This document shows positions 1 to 12,652 of a stretch of DNA of 43,999 nt, in pieces. Made by a program: the position numbers and the translations under genes. Positions within the stretch are counted from its first letter, which is position 1. Each line of letters opens with the position of its first letter. The stretch comes from Nemertoderma westbladi (taxonomy: Eukaryota > Animalia > Xenacoelomorpha): the NCBI GenBank assembly GCA_032718475.1, contig JAUCBJ010007801.1:1-43999 (forward strand), given 5' to 3'. Under the pieces are notes generated by a model. The model searched no databases and was not told the origin of the DNA. It saw nothing but the letters and a program-made list of their open reading frames with translations.

Positions 1-21
1 GATAATGATAATGATAATGAT
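1..21. repeat. (GATAAT)n microsatellite, truncated by window edge
   Basis: gataatgataatgataatgat read directly. Confidence 0.8.
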
Positions 22-787
22 ATAACATAATTTATGTTATTTTTTGGTATATTTATTTTTTTATGTTAATTTGTGCAGTTTCTATCATTTATAATATATA
101 TATACAATCATTTCGTAATGTTAATATTTTGGAATAAAACTACATACATACTTGTTGCAAAGTACATTACAATGTTCTGATCCTCGTGGCTTTATTTTCA
201 CTCACTCACTAACGTTCGTTCGTGTAACAAAGCCACTCGGATCATCACACTGTAAAGTGCTACTTTACACACAAGTATGTAAATAGTTATTATTTTATAA
301 GATATTTTTAAAATGTTTTTCAATTGAGTACTAACAACACCAAATTTATATTTGGATTGGTAGGTTTGACTAATTTTAATAATCATGTAACTCAAACTCA
401 AAGGCAAATTACCCTAAGTCACGTACTTTGTAGATTTTCGAATAATAATAATAGCATTGGGTCATCATCGGGGGTTTTACATTTCGTGTTGAAAGTATTA
501 AATTTGGAAATATTTTATATATATAATATTATATATGTGGAGTTTCGGATGATAATAATTACCAATTAATAATCACCGCGTTTTTTTTTAATTTCTAAAT
601 GTCTCGAACGTGGTTGCCAAATGCATAGAAAATGACATACCACCTATTTCAGAAGATTATATAGAATTATTTTGACGCTTCTTTACATCTTGCTTTACCT
701 ATCTTTACATTGCTTCTTCACTTCTACATTTTAAAAATTTCACTAAAAACAATACAACTCATTTTATTCATTATTTTCATTTTTGGA

Positions 788-1415
788 AGGTGAATGGTGA
801 ATTTTTGGAAGGTATCCGAAGGTGAAGACCTTCGGATACGCAAGAGGAAGGCATGGGCAGCGTTAAATAGTCTGTCCAGGATTTGGAAATCTTATAGAAT
901 AAAACGGAACCTTAAGGTTCGATTATTTATGGCAGCAGTAGTACCAGTACTTTTATATGGGAGTCTATTCTGGGCTCTAACTGCAGTGGTTACCAAATCT
1001 CTGGATGGCACTTTCACAAGAATGCTGCGCCGTGTTTATTGTGTCAAGTACAATGAACAGATCTCCCACCAGACTCTATGCAACATTGGAGGTGTTCCAA
1101 TAATCTACCCTAGCTTGACACTTGAAAGGAACCGCCTCCGCTTTGCATGACATTGCTTTCGGCGTGAGGTCCACCCAGTGCATAATCTTGTGCTTTGCCG
1201 GCCTCATGGAGCGAATAAGCATGGTGGACAGCCCATGACTTTCTCGAGACGCATCTTAAAGGACACTGGCCTTGAAGATGCGGATGATCTAGCAAATGTC
1301 ATGGGTGATAGGTAGTTGTGGCGGCGCAATTTTGTTGACAAGCCGGCACAGCATTCTTAATATAAATGTAATATATATATAATGCAGCTGCAATGCAGCA
1401 TGCCGATCGTAGTAG
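788..1415 (+). mobile_element. 5'-truncated RTE-type LINE (family A), RT C-terminal region plus 3' UTR
   Basis: ORF 794-1150 has KAWAALNSLSRIWKS, VLLYGS, SLDGTFTRMLR and RLRFA motifs typical of RTE RT C-termini; (TAG)n tail; 12-bp TSD TTCATTTTTGGA at 776-787 and 1416-1427. Confidence 0.9.
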
Positions 1416-1864
1416 TTCATTTTTGGAGCCCGCATGTTCATTTACAAAATCTTATTTTAAGACTCTTTTACTATTTTCATTTTCTGTTATTAATAAATTG
1501 GCAATTTTGTTAAAAAAACATTTAAATTTTAAAATGTAAAAACCATGAGGTTTATATTTTTCTTTAAAAAATGGGGAAATATTATGAAATCAAGAAAACT
1601 ACCTGAAATTTATTGAAGCAAATGAAACTTCCTTACATATTAAGCAATAATTATAAAATCAGTAATTACAAAAAAACAAAATGTGGTTTCCATATAATTG
1701 CGTTTCGGAAAAAACTATTATTAGTATTCTTTATTGAAGAGTTGACATGAGTATACCCTACCATCAAAACAAGTCCAAATAAAAGTGAAACAAATACGAC
1801 ATAATAAATATAAAATACAATAGCCCTTTCTTGACTTCCAAAAAATTCCCAAATCCCAAATTAC

Positions 1865-2050
1865 TCCCAAAAATAAAACTATAACCTGTTATATTGAATA
1901 TAGTTTATTGTTTTGATTAGAATAGCATGCGACTGTAAACTGCTCATTTCCCTTAATTGATAATTTGACATTGAGGCGAGATATTAATTCGCCGAGTAAG
2001 AATTTGCCTTAAATCCACCCCCCCCCCTCCCCCCCCCCCCCCGCCCCCCC
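1865..2050 (+). mobile_element. Partial copy of poly-C/poly-G-ended MITE family
   Basis: Similar to 30165-30320 (aaaataaaactgtaacctgtt...aattgataattt...gatattaattc) and to the reverse complement of 12330-12490; ends in a long C tract. Confidence 0.7.
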
Positions 2051-2094
2051 TACTATAATAATACACTGGAATAATCATTCACCAAACCTCTGGT

Positions 2095-2199
2095 TCCGGC
2101 TCCGGCTCCGTCTTTGTCTCCGGCAGGAGCTCATATTGTAACCCGGAGGAACCTCCGGGCTTCGGCTCCTGATGAAATTTTAGCTCTGTCGCATCCCTA
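2095..2199. mobile_element. Possible right end of a hAT-like non-autonomous element
   Basis: CCGGCT subterminal repeats ending in GCATCCCTA, resembling the CATCCCTA terminus of the hAT element at 38530-40457; partner end not found. Confidence 0.4.
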
Positions 2200-5100
2200 G
2201 TATGTACCATCAAGAGATCTGATGAATCCTGCGAGCATCCTGGTGTATGTACAGTATGTACCGTCAAGAGATGTGGTGAATTCTGCGAGCATCCTGGTGT
2301 ATGTACAGTAACGCTTTCAAATAACGTCCTATTGGATCCTAATAGGATCCTAATAGGAACCTAATAGGAAATAAATAACCTTTAGGAAATCACTTGGAAT
2401 TTGCCTGATGCAAGTCTACCTAGAGCGGCTAAATATCAAAGCTTAGAAGTGTCTGTCAATCAACCTCCCGGGATAGCTGAAAGTGGTAAAGAGAGCCGCT
2501 TTGTCTAGTGGTTGAGTTGTATTTCCCTTCCCCTGACCTATCTTACAACAACGATACTCCCCACCCCATAGGCTAATGTTAAATATGCAAGACACCTACT
2601 GGCTTTAACTCAACATCTGGACACATTAACTACCATACAGTAAAGGTATCGCCGCTTGTGTAAAATAGGCCCGCCAACACGTTGAGTGAGCCTCAACAAG
2701 TAGTTGGGCTGCTAAAGCGTAATCTGATTGTATTCGGACGTCAAACTTTTAATAATTTTATTTAAATTATTGTGCGAACTTTTTAGATCTGGCGATTTTA
2801 CCATTTCCATGGTATAATAAATATAATTTATAATTAATATTAATATCAATATGCCAAGAGGTTAAGTTTATTACAAACCACTAAACTCATAAGGGTCTGT
2901 TAATTCCTGTAGGATGTTATGTCATTTATTTTTCGTAGTGGTAGTGATACGGATTGTGACATGTTGCTGAATCTGCTTGGAGAGAGTGTAATGTGCTTTG
3001 TGGGTGTAGCAAATATAGCATTCAATATTACATACATTTATTTAGTCGCCCAGTTTTAGCCCCTGTCTAATTATTAATTAAACTAATAAACTAAAATAAA
3101 CTAATATTTATTCTATTAATAATTACACAAACATTGTGTTTTACTCTTTATTACTCAAAATATGTTCAATAGTTATAAATACAGTGTGTGATCCTACAGT
3201 TATTTGTAAGTTCAATACGATTTTAAATTATTCCAGAGCCCACCAGCAGCCCACGGACGTTAACTATGTGCGGATGTGTGTGGATTTCATCTATTAGAGT
3301 TTATATTTTAAATATTATTTACGTCAGAGGCTGGCAATACAAGGTACAGTAAGAGTGTAATCTTCCATCGACAACCATACCTCAATGTAATGAACTGAAC
3401 ACTACGCAAACTTTAGGCTGTGTCTACTCCATTCTATACAACTTAATGATTGACAGGATAGAGAAGAAGTGGACCAGCACAAGCATAGTCTGAGTCAGTC
3501 CACCTTCCAGACATCAAAGTAAGCGCCGATTTCCAAGTAAATTCCTAATGAAATCCAAGTCAAATCCTAAGTGCCTCCAAGTCTGGAATTTGGGCTAAAT
3601 TTCATTTCCAATTAAATCCTAACTCCAATAGTAGTGAATCAGTGACTTGGATCCTAATAGGATCCTATTAGGAACCAATACGACGTTATTTGAAAGCGGT
3701 ACTGTATGTACCGTCAAGAGATGTGGTAAATCCTGCGAGCATCCTGGTGTATGTACAGTATGTACCGTCAAGAGATGTGGTGAATTCTGCGAGCATCCTG
3801 GTGTATGTATGTACCGTCAAGAGATGTGGTGAATCCTGCGAGCATCCTGGTGTATGTACAGTATGTACCGTCAAGAGATGTGGTGAATTCTGCGAGCATC
3901 CTGGTGTATGTATGTACCGTCAAGAGATGTGGTGAATCCTGCGAGCATCCTGGTGTATGTATGTGTATCCTGGTGTATGTATGTACCATCAAGAGATCTG
4001 GTGAATCCTGCGAGCATCCTGGTGTATGTATGTACCGTCAAGAGATCTGGTGAATCCTGCGAGCATCCTGGTGTATGTACAGTATGTACCATCAAGAGAT
4101 CTGATGAATCCTGCGAGCATCCTGGTGTATGTATGTACCGTCAAGAGATCTGGTGAATCCTGCGAGCATCCTGGTGTATGTACAGTATGTACCGTCAAGA
4201 GATGTGGTGAATCCTGCGAGCATCCTGGTGTATGTACAGTATGTACCGTCAAGAGATCTGGTGAATCCTGCGAGCATCTTGGTGTATGTATGTACCGTCA
4301 AGAGATCTGGTGAATCCTGCGAGCATCCTGGTGTATGTACAGTATGTACCGTCAAGAGATGTGGTGAATCCTGCGAGCATCCTGGTGTATGTATGTACCG
4401 TCAAGAGATCTGGTGAATCCTGCGAGCATCATGGTGTATGTATGTACCGTCAAGAGATCTGGTGAATCCTGCGAGCATCATGGTGTATGTATGTACCGTC
4501 AAGAGATCTGGTGAATCCTGCGAGCATCCTGGTGTATGTACAGTATGTACCGTCAAGAGATGTGGTGAATCCTGCGAGCATCCTGGTGTATGTATGTACT
4601 ATCAAGAGATCTGGTGAATCCTGCGAGCATCCTGGTGTATGTACAGTATGTACCGTCAAGAGATGTGGTGAATCCTGCGAGCATCCTGGTGTATGTATGT
4701 ACCGTCAAGAGATCTGGTGAATCCTGCGAGCATCATGGTGTATGTATGTGTATCCTGGTGTATGTATGTGTATCCTAGCGTATGTATGTACCGACAAGAG
4801 ATCTGGTGAATTCTGTGAGCATCCTGGTGTATGTATGTGTATCCTGGTGTATGTATGTGTATCCTAGCGTATGTATGTACCGTCAAGAGATCTGGTGAAT
4901 TCTGCGAGCATCCTGGTGTATGTATGTACCGTCAAGAGATCTGGTGAATCCTGCGAGCATCCTGGTGTATGTATGTGTATCCTGGTGTATGTATGTGTAT
5001 CCTAGCGTATGGATGTACCGTCAAGAGATCTGGTGAATCCTGCGAGCATCCTGGTGTATGTACAGTATGTACCATCAAGAGATCTGGTGAATCCTGCGAG

Positions 5101-8100
5101 CATCCTGGTGTATGTATGTACCGTCAAGAGATCTGGTGAATCCTGCGAGCATCCTGGTGTATGTACAGTATGTACCGTCAAGAGATCTGGTGAATCCTGC
5201 GAGCATCCTGGTGTATGTACAGTATGTACCGTCAAGAGATCTGGTGAATCCTGCGAGCATCCTGGTGTATGTATGTACCGTCAAGAGATCTGGTGAATCC
5301 TGCGAGCATCCTGGTGTATGTATGTGTATCCTGGTGTATGTATCTACCATCAATAGATCTGGTGAATTATGCGAGCATCCTGGTGTATGTATGTACCGTC
5401 AAGAGATCTGGTGAATCCTGCCAGCATCCTGGTGTATGTATGTACCGTCAAGAGAGCTGGTGAATCCTGCGAGCATTCTGGTGTATGTATGTACCGTCAA
5501 GAGATCTGGTGAATCCTGCGAGCATCCTGGTGTATGTATGTGTATCCTGGTGTATGTATGTACCGTCAAGAGATCTGGTGAATCCTGCGAGCATCCTGGT
5601 GTATGTACAGTATGTACCGTCAAGAGATCTGGTGAATTCTGCGAGCATCCTGGTGTATGTATGTACCGTTAAGAGATCTGGTGAATCCTGCGAGCATCCT
5701 GGTGTATGTATGTGTATCCTGGTGTATGTATGTGTATCCTAGCGTATGTATGTACCGTCAAGAGATCTGGAGAATCCTGCGAGCATCCTGGTGTATGTAT
5801 GTACCGTCAAGAGATCTGGTGAATCCTGCGAGCATCCTGGTGTATGTACAGTATGTACCATCAAGAGATCTGGTGAATCCTGCGAGCATCCTGGTGTATG
5901 TATGTACCGTCAAGAGATCTGGTGAATCCTGCGAGCATCCTGGTGTATGTACAGTATGTACCGTCAAGAGATCTGGTGAATTCTGCGAGCATCCTGGTGT
6001 ATGTATGTACCGTCAAGAGATCTGGTGAATCCTGCGAGCATCCTGGTGTATGTATGTGTATCCTGGTGTATGTATGTACCGTCAAGAGATCTGGTGAATC
6101 CTGCGAGCATCCTGGTGTATGTACAGTATGTACCATCAAGAGATCTGGTGAATCCTGCGAGCATCCTGGTGTATGTATGTACCGTCAAGAGATCTGGTGA
6201 ATCCTGCGAGCATCCTGGTGTATGTACAGTATGTACCGTCAAGAGATCTGGTGAATTCTGCGGGCATCCTGGTGTATGTATGTACCGTCAAGAGATCTGG
6301 TGAATTCTGCGAGCATCCTGGTGTATGTATGTGTATCCTGGTGTATGTATGTACCGTCAAGAGATCTGGTGAATCCTGCGAGCATCCTGGTGTATGTACA
6401 GTATGTACCGTCAAGAGATCTGGTGAATTCTGCGAGCATCCTGGTGTATGTATGTACCGTCAAGAGATCTGGTGAATCCTGCGAGCATCCTGGTGTATGT
6501 ATGTGTATCCTGGTGTATGTATGTGTATCCTAGCGTATGTATGTACCGTCAAGAGATCTGGTGAATCCTGCGAGCATCCTGGTGTATGTACAGTATGTAC
6601 CATCAAGAGATCTGGTGAATCCTGCGAGCATCCTGGTGTATGTATGTACCATCAAGAGATCTGGTGAATCCTGCGAGCATCCTGGTGTATGTATGTACCG
6701 TCAAGAGATCTGGTGAATCCTGCGAGCATCCTGGTGTATGTATGTACCGTCAAGAGATCTGGTGAATCCTGCGAGCATCCTGGTGTATGTATGTGTATCC
6801 TGGTGTATGTATGTGTATCCTAGCGTATGTATGTACCGTCAAGAGATCTGGTGAATTCTGTGAGCATCCTGGTGTATGTATGTGTATCCTGGTGTATGTA
6901 TGTGTATCCTAGCGTATGTATGTACCGTCAAGAGATCTGGTGAATTCTGCGAGCATCCTGGTGTATGTATGTACCGTCAAGAGATCTGGTGAATCCTGCG
7001 AGCATCCTGGTGTATGTATGTGTATCCTGGTGTATGTATGTGTATCCTAGCGTATGTATGTACCGTCAAGAGATCTGGTGAATCCTGCGAGCATCCTGGT
7101 GTATGTACAGTATGTACCATCAAGAGATCTGGTGAATCCTGCGAGCATCCTGGTGTATGTATGTACCGTCAAGAGATCTGGTGAATCCTGCGAGCATCCT
7201 GGTGTATGTACAGTATGTACCGTCAAGAGATCTGGTGAATCCTGCGAGCATCCTGGTGTATGTACAGTATGTACCGTCAAGAGATCTGGTGAATCCTGCG
7301 AGCATCCTGGTGTATGTATGTACCGTCAAGAGATCTGGTGAATCCTGCGAGCATCCTGGTGTATGTATGTACCGTCAAGAGATCTGGTGAATCCTGCGAG
7401 CATCCTGGTGTATGTATGTGTATCCTGGTGTATGTATCTACCATCAATAGATCTGGTGAATTATGCGAGCATCCTGGTGTATGTATGTACCGTCAAGAGA
7501 TCTGGTGAATCCTGCCAGCATCCTGGTGTATGTATGTACCGTTAAGAGAGCTGGTGAATCCTGCGAGCATTCTGGTGTATGTATGTACCGTCAAGAGATC
7601 TGGTGAATCCTGCGAGCATCCTGGTGTATGTATGTGTATCCTGGTGTATGTATGTACCGTCAAGAGATCTGGTGAATCCTGCGAGCATCCTGGTGTATGT
7701 ACAGTATGTACCGTCAAGAGATCTGGTGAATTCTGCGAGCATCCTGGTGTATGTATGTACCGTCAAGAGATCTGGTGAATCCTGCGAGCATCCTGGTGTA
7801 TGTATGTGTATCCTGGTGTATGTATGTGTATCCTAGCGTATGTATGTACCGTCAAGAGATCTGGAGAATCCTGCGAGCATCCTGGTGTATGTATGTACCG
7901 TCAAGAGATCTGGTGAATCCTGCGAGCATCCTGGTGTATGTACAGTATGTACCATCAAGAGATCTGGTGAATCCTGCGAGCATCCTGGTGTATGTATGTA
8001 CCGTCAAGAGATCTGGTGAATCCTGCGAGCATCCTGGTGTATGTACAGTATGTACCGTCAAGAGATCTGGTGAATTCTGCGAGCATCCTGGTGTATGTAT

Positions 8101-11100
8101 GTACCGTCAAGAGATCTGGTGAATCCTGCGAGCATCCTGGTGTATGTATGTGTATCCTGGTGTATGTATGTACCGTCAAGAGATCTGGTGAATCCTGCGA
8201 GCATCCTGGTGTATGTACAGTATGTACCGTCAAGAGATCTGGTGAATTCTGCGAGCATCCTGGTGTATGTATGTACCGTCAAGAGATCTGGTGAATCCTG
8301 CGAGCATCCTGGTGTATGTATGTGTATCCTGGTGTATGTATGTGTATCCTAGCGTATGTATGTACCGTCAAGAGATCTGGTGAATCCTGCGAGCATCCTG
8401 GTGTATGTACAGTATGTACCATCAAGAGATCTGGTGAATCCTGCGAGCATCCTGGTGTATGTATGTACCATCAAGAGATCTGGTGAATCCTGCGAGCATC
8501 CTGGTGTATGTATGTACCGTCAAGAGATCTGGTGAATCCTGCGAGCATCCTGGTGTATGTATGTACCGTCAAGAGATCTGGTGAATCCTGCGAGCATCCT
8601 GGTGTATGTATGTGTATCCTGGTGTATGTATGTGTATCCTAGCGTATGTATGTACCGTCAAGAGATCTGGTGAATCCTGCGAGCATCCTGGTGTATGTAT
8701 GTACCGTCAAGAGATCTGGTGAATCCTGCGAGCATCCTGGTGTATGTACAGTATGTACCATCAAGAGATCTGGTGAATCCTGCGAGCATCCTGGTGTATG
8801 TATGTACCGTCAAGAGATCTGGTGAATCCTGCGAGCATCCTGGTGTATGTACAGTATGTACCGTCAAGAGATCTGGTGAATTCTGCGAGCATCCTGGTGT
8901 ATGTATGTACCGTCAAGAGATCTGGTGAATCCTGCGAGCATCCTGGTGTATGTATGTGTATCCTGGTGTATGTATGTGTATCCTAGCGTATGTATGTACC
9001 GTCAAGAGATCTGGTGAATCCTGCGAGCATCCTGGTGTATGTACAGTATGTACCATCAAGAGATCTGGTGAATCCTGCGAGCATCCTGGTGTATGTATGT
9101 ACCATCAAGAGATCTGGTGAATCCTGCGAGCATCCTGGTGTATGTATGTACCGTCAAGAGATCTGGTGAATCCTGCGAGCATCCTGGTGTATGTATGTAC
9201 CGTCAAGAGATCTGGTGAATCCTGCGAGCATCCTGGTGTATGTACAGTATGTACCGTCAAGAGATGTGGTGAATCCTGCGAGCATCCTAGTGTATGTACA
9301 GTATGTACCGTCAAGAGATGTGGTGAATCCTGCGAGCATCCTGGTGTATGTATGTACCATCAAGAGATCTGGTGAATCCTGCGAGCATCCTGGTGTATGT
9401 ATGTGTATCCTGGTGTATGTATGTGTATCCTAGCGTAAGTATGTACCGTCAAGAGATCTGGTGAATCCTGCGAGCATCCTGGTGTATGTACAGTATGTAC
9501 CATCAAGAGATCTGGTGAATCCTGCGAGCATCCTGGTGTATGTATGTACCATCAAGAGATCTGGTGAATCCTGCGAGCATCCTGGTGTATGTATGTACCG
9601 TCAAGAGATCTGGTGAATCCTGCGAGCATCCTGGTGTATGTATGTACCGTCAAGAGATCTGGTGAATCCTGCGAGCATCCTGGTGTATGTACAGTATGTA
9701 CCGTCAAGAGATGTGGTGAATCCTGCGAGCATCCTGGTGTATGTACAGTATGTACCGTCAAGAGATGTGGTGAATCCTGCGAGCATCCTGGTGTATGTAC
9801 AGTATGTACCGTCAAGAGATGTGGTGAATCCTGCGAGCATCCTGGTGTATGTATGTACCATCAAGAGATCTGGTGAATCCTGCGAGCATCCTGGTGTATG
9901 TATGTACCGTCAAGAGATCTGATGAATCCTGCGAGCACTATGGTGTATGTATGTACCGTCAAGAGATCTGGTGAATCCTGCGAGCATCCTGGTGTATGTA
10001 CAGTATGTACCGTCAAGAGATCTGGTGAATCCTGCGAGCATCCTGGTGTATGTACAGTATGTACCGTCAAGAGATGTGGTGAATCCTGCGAGCATCCTGG
10101 TGTATGTATGTACCATCAAGAGATCTGGTGAATCCTGCGAGCATCCTGGTGTATGTATGTACCGTCAAGAGATCTGGTGAATCCTGCGAGCATCCTGGTG
10201 TATGTACAGTATGTACCATCAAGAGATCTGGTGAATCCTGCGAGCATCCTGGTGTATGTATGTACCATCAAGAGATCTGGTGAATCCTGCGAGCATCCTG
10301 GTGTATGTATGTACCGTCAAGAGATCTGATGAATCCTGCGAGCACTATGGTGTATGTATGTACCGTCAAGAGATCTGGTGAATCCTGCGAGCATCCTGGT
10401 GTATGTACAGTATGTACCGTCAAGAGATCTGGTGAATCCTGCGAGCATCCTGGTGTATGTACAGTATGTACCGTCAAGAGATGTGGTGAATCCTGCGAGC
10501 ATCCTGGTGTATGTATGTACCATCAAGAGATCTGGTGAATCCTGCGAGCATCCTGGTGTATGTATGTACCGTCAAGAGATCTGATGAATCCTGCGAGCAC
10601 TATGGTGTATGTATGTACCGTCAAGAGATGTGGTGAATCCTGCGAGCATCCTGGTGTATGTATGTACCGTCAAGAGATCTGGTGAATCCTGCGAGCATCA
10701 TGGTGTATGTATGTGTATCCTGGTGTATGTATGTGTATCCTAGCGTATGTATGTACCGTCAAGAGATCTGGTGAATCCTGTTAGCATCCTGGTGTATGTA
10801 TGTATATCCTGGTGTATGTATGTGTATCCTATCGTATGTATGTACCGTCAAGAGATCTGGTGAATCCTGCGAGCATCCTGGTGTATGTATGTACCGTCAA
10901 GAGATCTGGTGAATCCTGCGAGCATCATGGTGTATGTATGTACCGTCAAGAGATCTGGTGAATCCTGCGAGCATCCTGGTGTATGTATGTACCGTCAAGA
11001 GATCTGGTGAATCCTGCGAGCATCCTGGTGTATGTATGTACCGTCAAGAGATCTGGTAAATCCTGCGAGCATCCTGGTGTATGTACAGTATGTACCATCA

Positions 11101-11541
11101 AGAGATCTGGTGAATCCTGCGAGCACTATGGTGTATGTATGTACCGTCAAGAGATCTGGTGAATCCTGCGAGCATCCTGGTGTATGTACAGTATGTACCG
11201 TCAAGAGATGTGGTGAATCCTGCGAGCATCCTGGTGTATGTATGTACCGTCAAGAGATCTGGTGAATCCTGCGAGCATCATGGTGTATGTATGTGTATCC
11301 TGGTGTATGTATGTGTATCCTAGCGTATGTATGTACCGTCAAGAGATCTGGTGAATTCTGCGAGCATCCTGGTGTATGTATGTACCGTCAAGAGATCTGG
11401 TGAATCCTGCGAGCATCCTGGTGTATGTATGTGTATCCTGGTGTATGTATGTGTATCCTATCGTATGTATGTACCGTCAAGAGATCTGGTGAATTCTGCG
11501 AGCATCCTGGTGTATGTATGTACCGTCAAGAGATCTGGTGA
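2200..11541. repeat. Satellite array of 49-bp and 54-bp units plus 20-bp subunits, interrupted at 2306-3704
   Basis: Unit TGTACCGTCAAGAGATCTGGTGAATCCTGCGAGCATCCTGGTGTATGTA (49 bp), +CAGTA (54 bp); interspersed GTATGTATGTGTATCCTGGT and GTATGTATGTGTATCCTAGC; ends abruptly at an A10 run. Confidence 0.98.
2306..3704. mobile_element. Non-autonomous Tc1/mariner-type DNA transposon inserted in the satellite
   Basis: TIRs CAGTAACGCTTTCAAATAACGTCCTATTGGATCCTAATAGGATCC and GGATCCTATTAGGAACCAATACGACGTTATTTGAAAGCGGTACTG; TA TSD at 2304-2305 and 3705-3706; no transposase ORF. Confidence 0.88.
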
Positions 11542-12324
11542 AAAAAAAAACAAGACATTTACGATTCAACAAATCAATCAAAATACAAATTGTACATATA
11601 TACAAGAGCGATAAAAGATATTGAAAGCTCTAAACTTAAAGTAGCCTAGTTTGTTCATTAACTATCACATTAAGTAATCGCTAAAAGGTGTTTTCAGATT
11701 TGAAATCCTCGTTAAACACTTTTCTAGAAAAATAAAAAACAAATATCTATAATCTTGACCCCCCCCCCCCCCCCCCCCCCCCTCCCCTAAATCGTTTTGT
11801 AAAACCCTAGAAAGAATTCTTAGTGTTTTTTTTGTTACTCATAAATCGGGTTTCTTAAAGGACCAGGTTTAGCGAAAACATGTGGAGTGGAATTACAAAA
11901 TTTGATATTTTATGGTCGCTAAACCACTCCTCACTCAGTAGTAGTTCTAATGATGACATACTATTCGAGTATTCATATAGTGCAGGAACACATGTCTTAT
12001 TTTGGGTTCTATCCGCTTTCCCCATATATACTTACTGTTAATGTACAGTTCTATTAGGGGAACGAGAAGATAAGAATGCCATAAAATAATTATAATTCAA
12101 CATTTTTATTGTTGCTGCAAAATATTTTAATAATAAACTGGGAATTCGTTACGGTTCTATTATTCATATTACAAACTTATTATTTTAAGTTTAACTGCAA
12201 TATGCGCATAACAAATTTTGTCTTATTCACCGAAATAAATAAATAGCATTCGTTCTATTGTTTACATGATTCAGATAATTAGTTTGCACTCTCAGTCGGA
12301 TAATTATATTACGTATATTTCCGT

Positions 12325-12567
12325 GACAGTGGGGGAACTTAAAGTAAATCCCATTTCGGCGAATTAATATCTCTTCTCAATGTTAAGTTATCAATTAAAG
12401 GAAAGGGACAGGTTATAGTTGCACTTCATTTTCATCAAAACAATAAACGAAAATCAATAGAAGAGGTTAGACTTGTATTATTTTTTTATAGTAATCAGCT
12501 GTTATTTGCGTCGATTTCCCCTGGTAAGGGGTGGATTTTGATTGCGTCAACAGACCCCCCCCATCTG
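12325..12567 (-). mobile_element. Poly-G/poly-C-ended MITE ~90 bp upstream of MFS copy 1 ATG
   Basis: Reverse complement resembles the MITE at 30062-30341; G-run left end, TTGCGTC...C8 right end. Confidence 0.7.
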
Positions 12568-12652
12568 CATTTTAGCAAAGGCATAAATTTTTGTCGTTTA
12601 TTAGAAATAGTTGAAAAACACCACCTATAAGAACTTGCAACATACTTGTTAA

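Noticed and set aside
9915-10600. CTGATGA variants in the satellite as hammerhead cores
   Set aside because: Single G>A variants of CTGGTGA with no stem II and GAAA following
2200-11541. CRISPR-like array
   Set aside because: Head-to-tail repeats with no unique spacers, no cas genes, eukaryotic context
11541-11550. A10 run as a retroposition poly(A) tail of the satellite
   Set aside because: The LINE-like sense of the monomer is the - strand, so the run is on the wrong end and strand; no TSD found
3647-11614. Dozens of Cys-rich ORFs (CTVCTVKRSGESCEHPGV) suggesting a metallothionein- or EGF-like repeat protein
   Set aside because: 49-bp and 20-bp units are not multiples of three, frames shift constantly and stops recur; these are translations of satellite DNA
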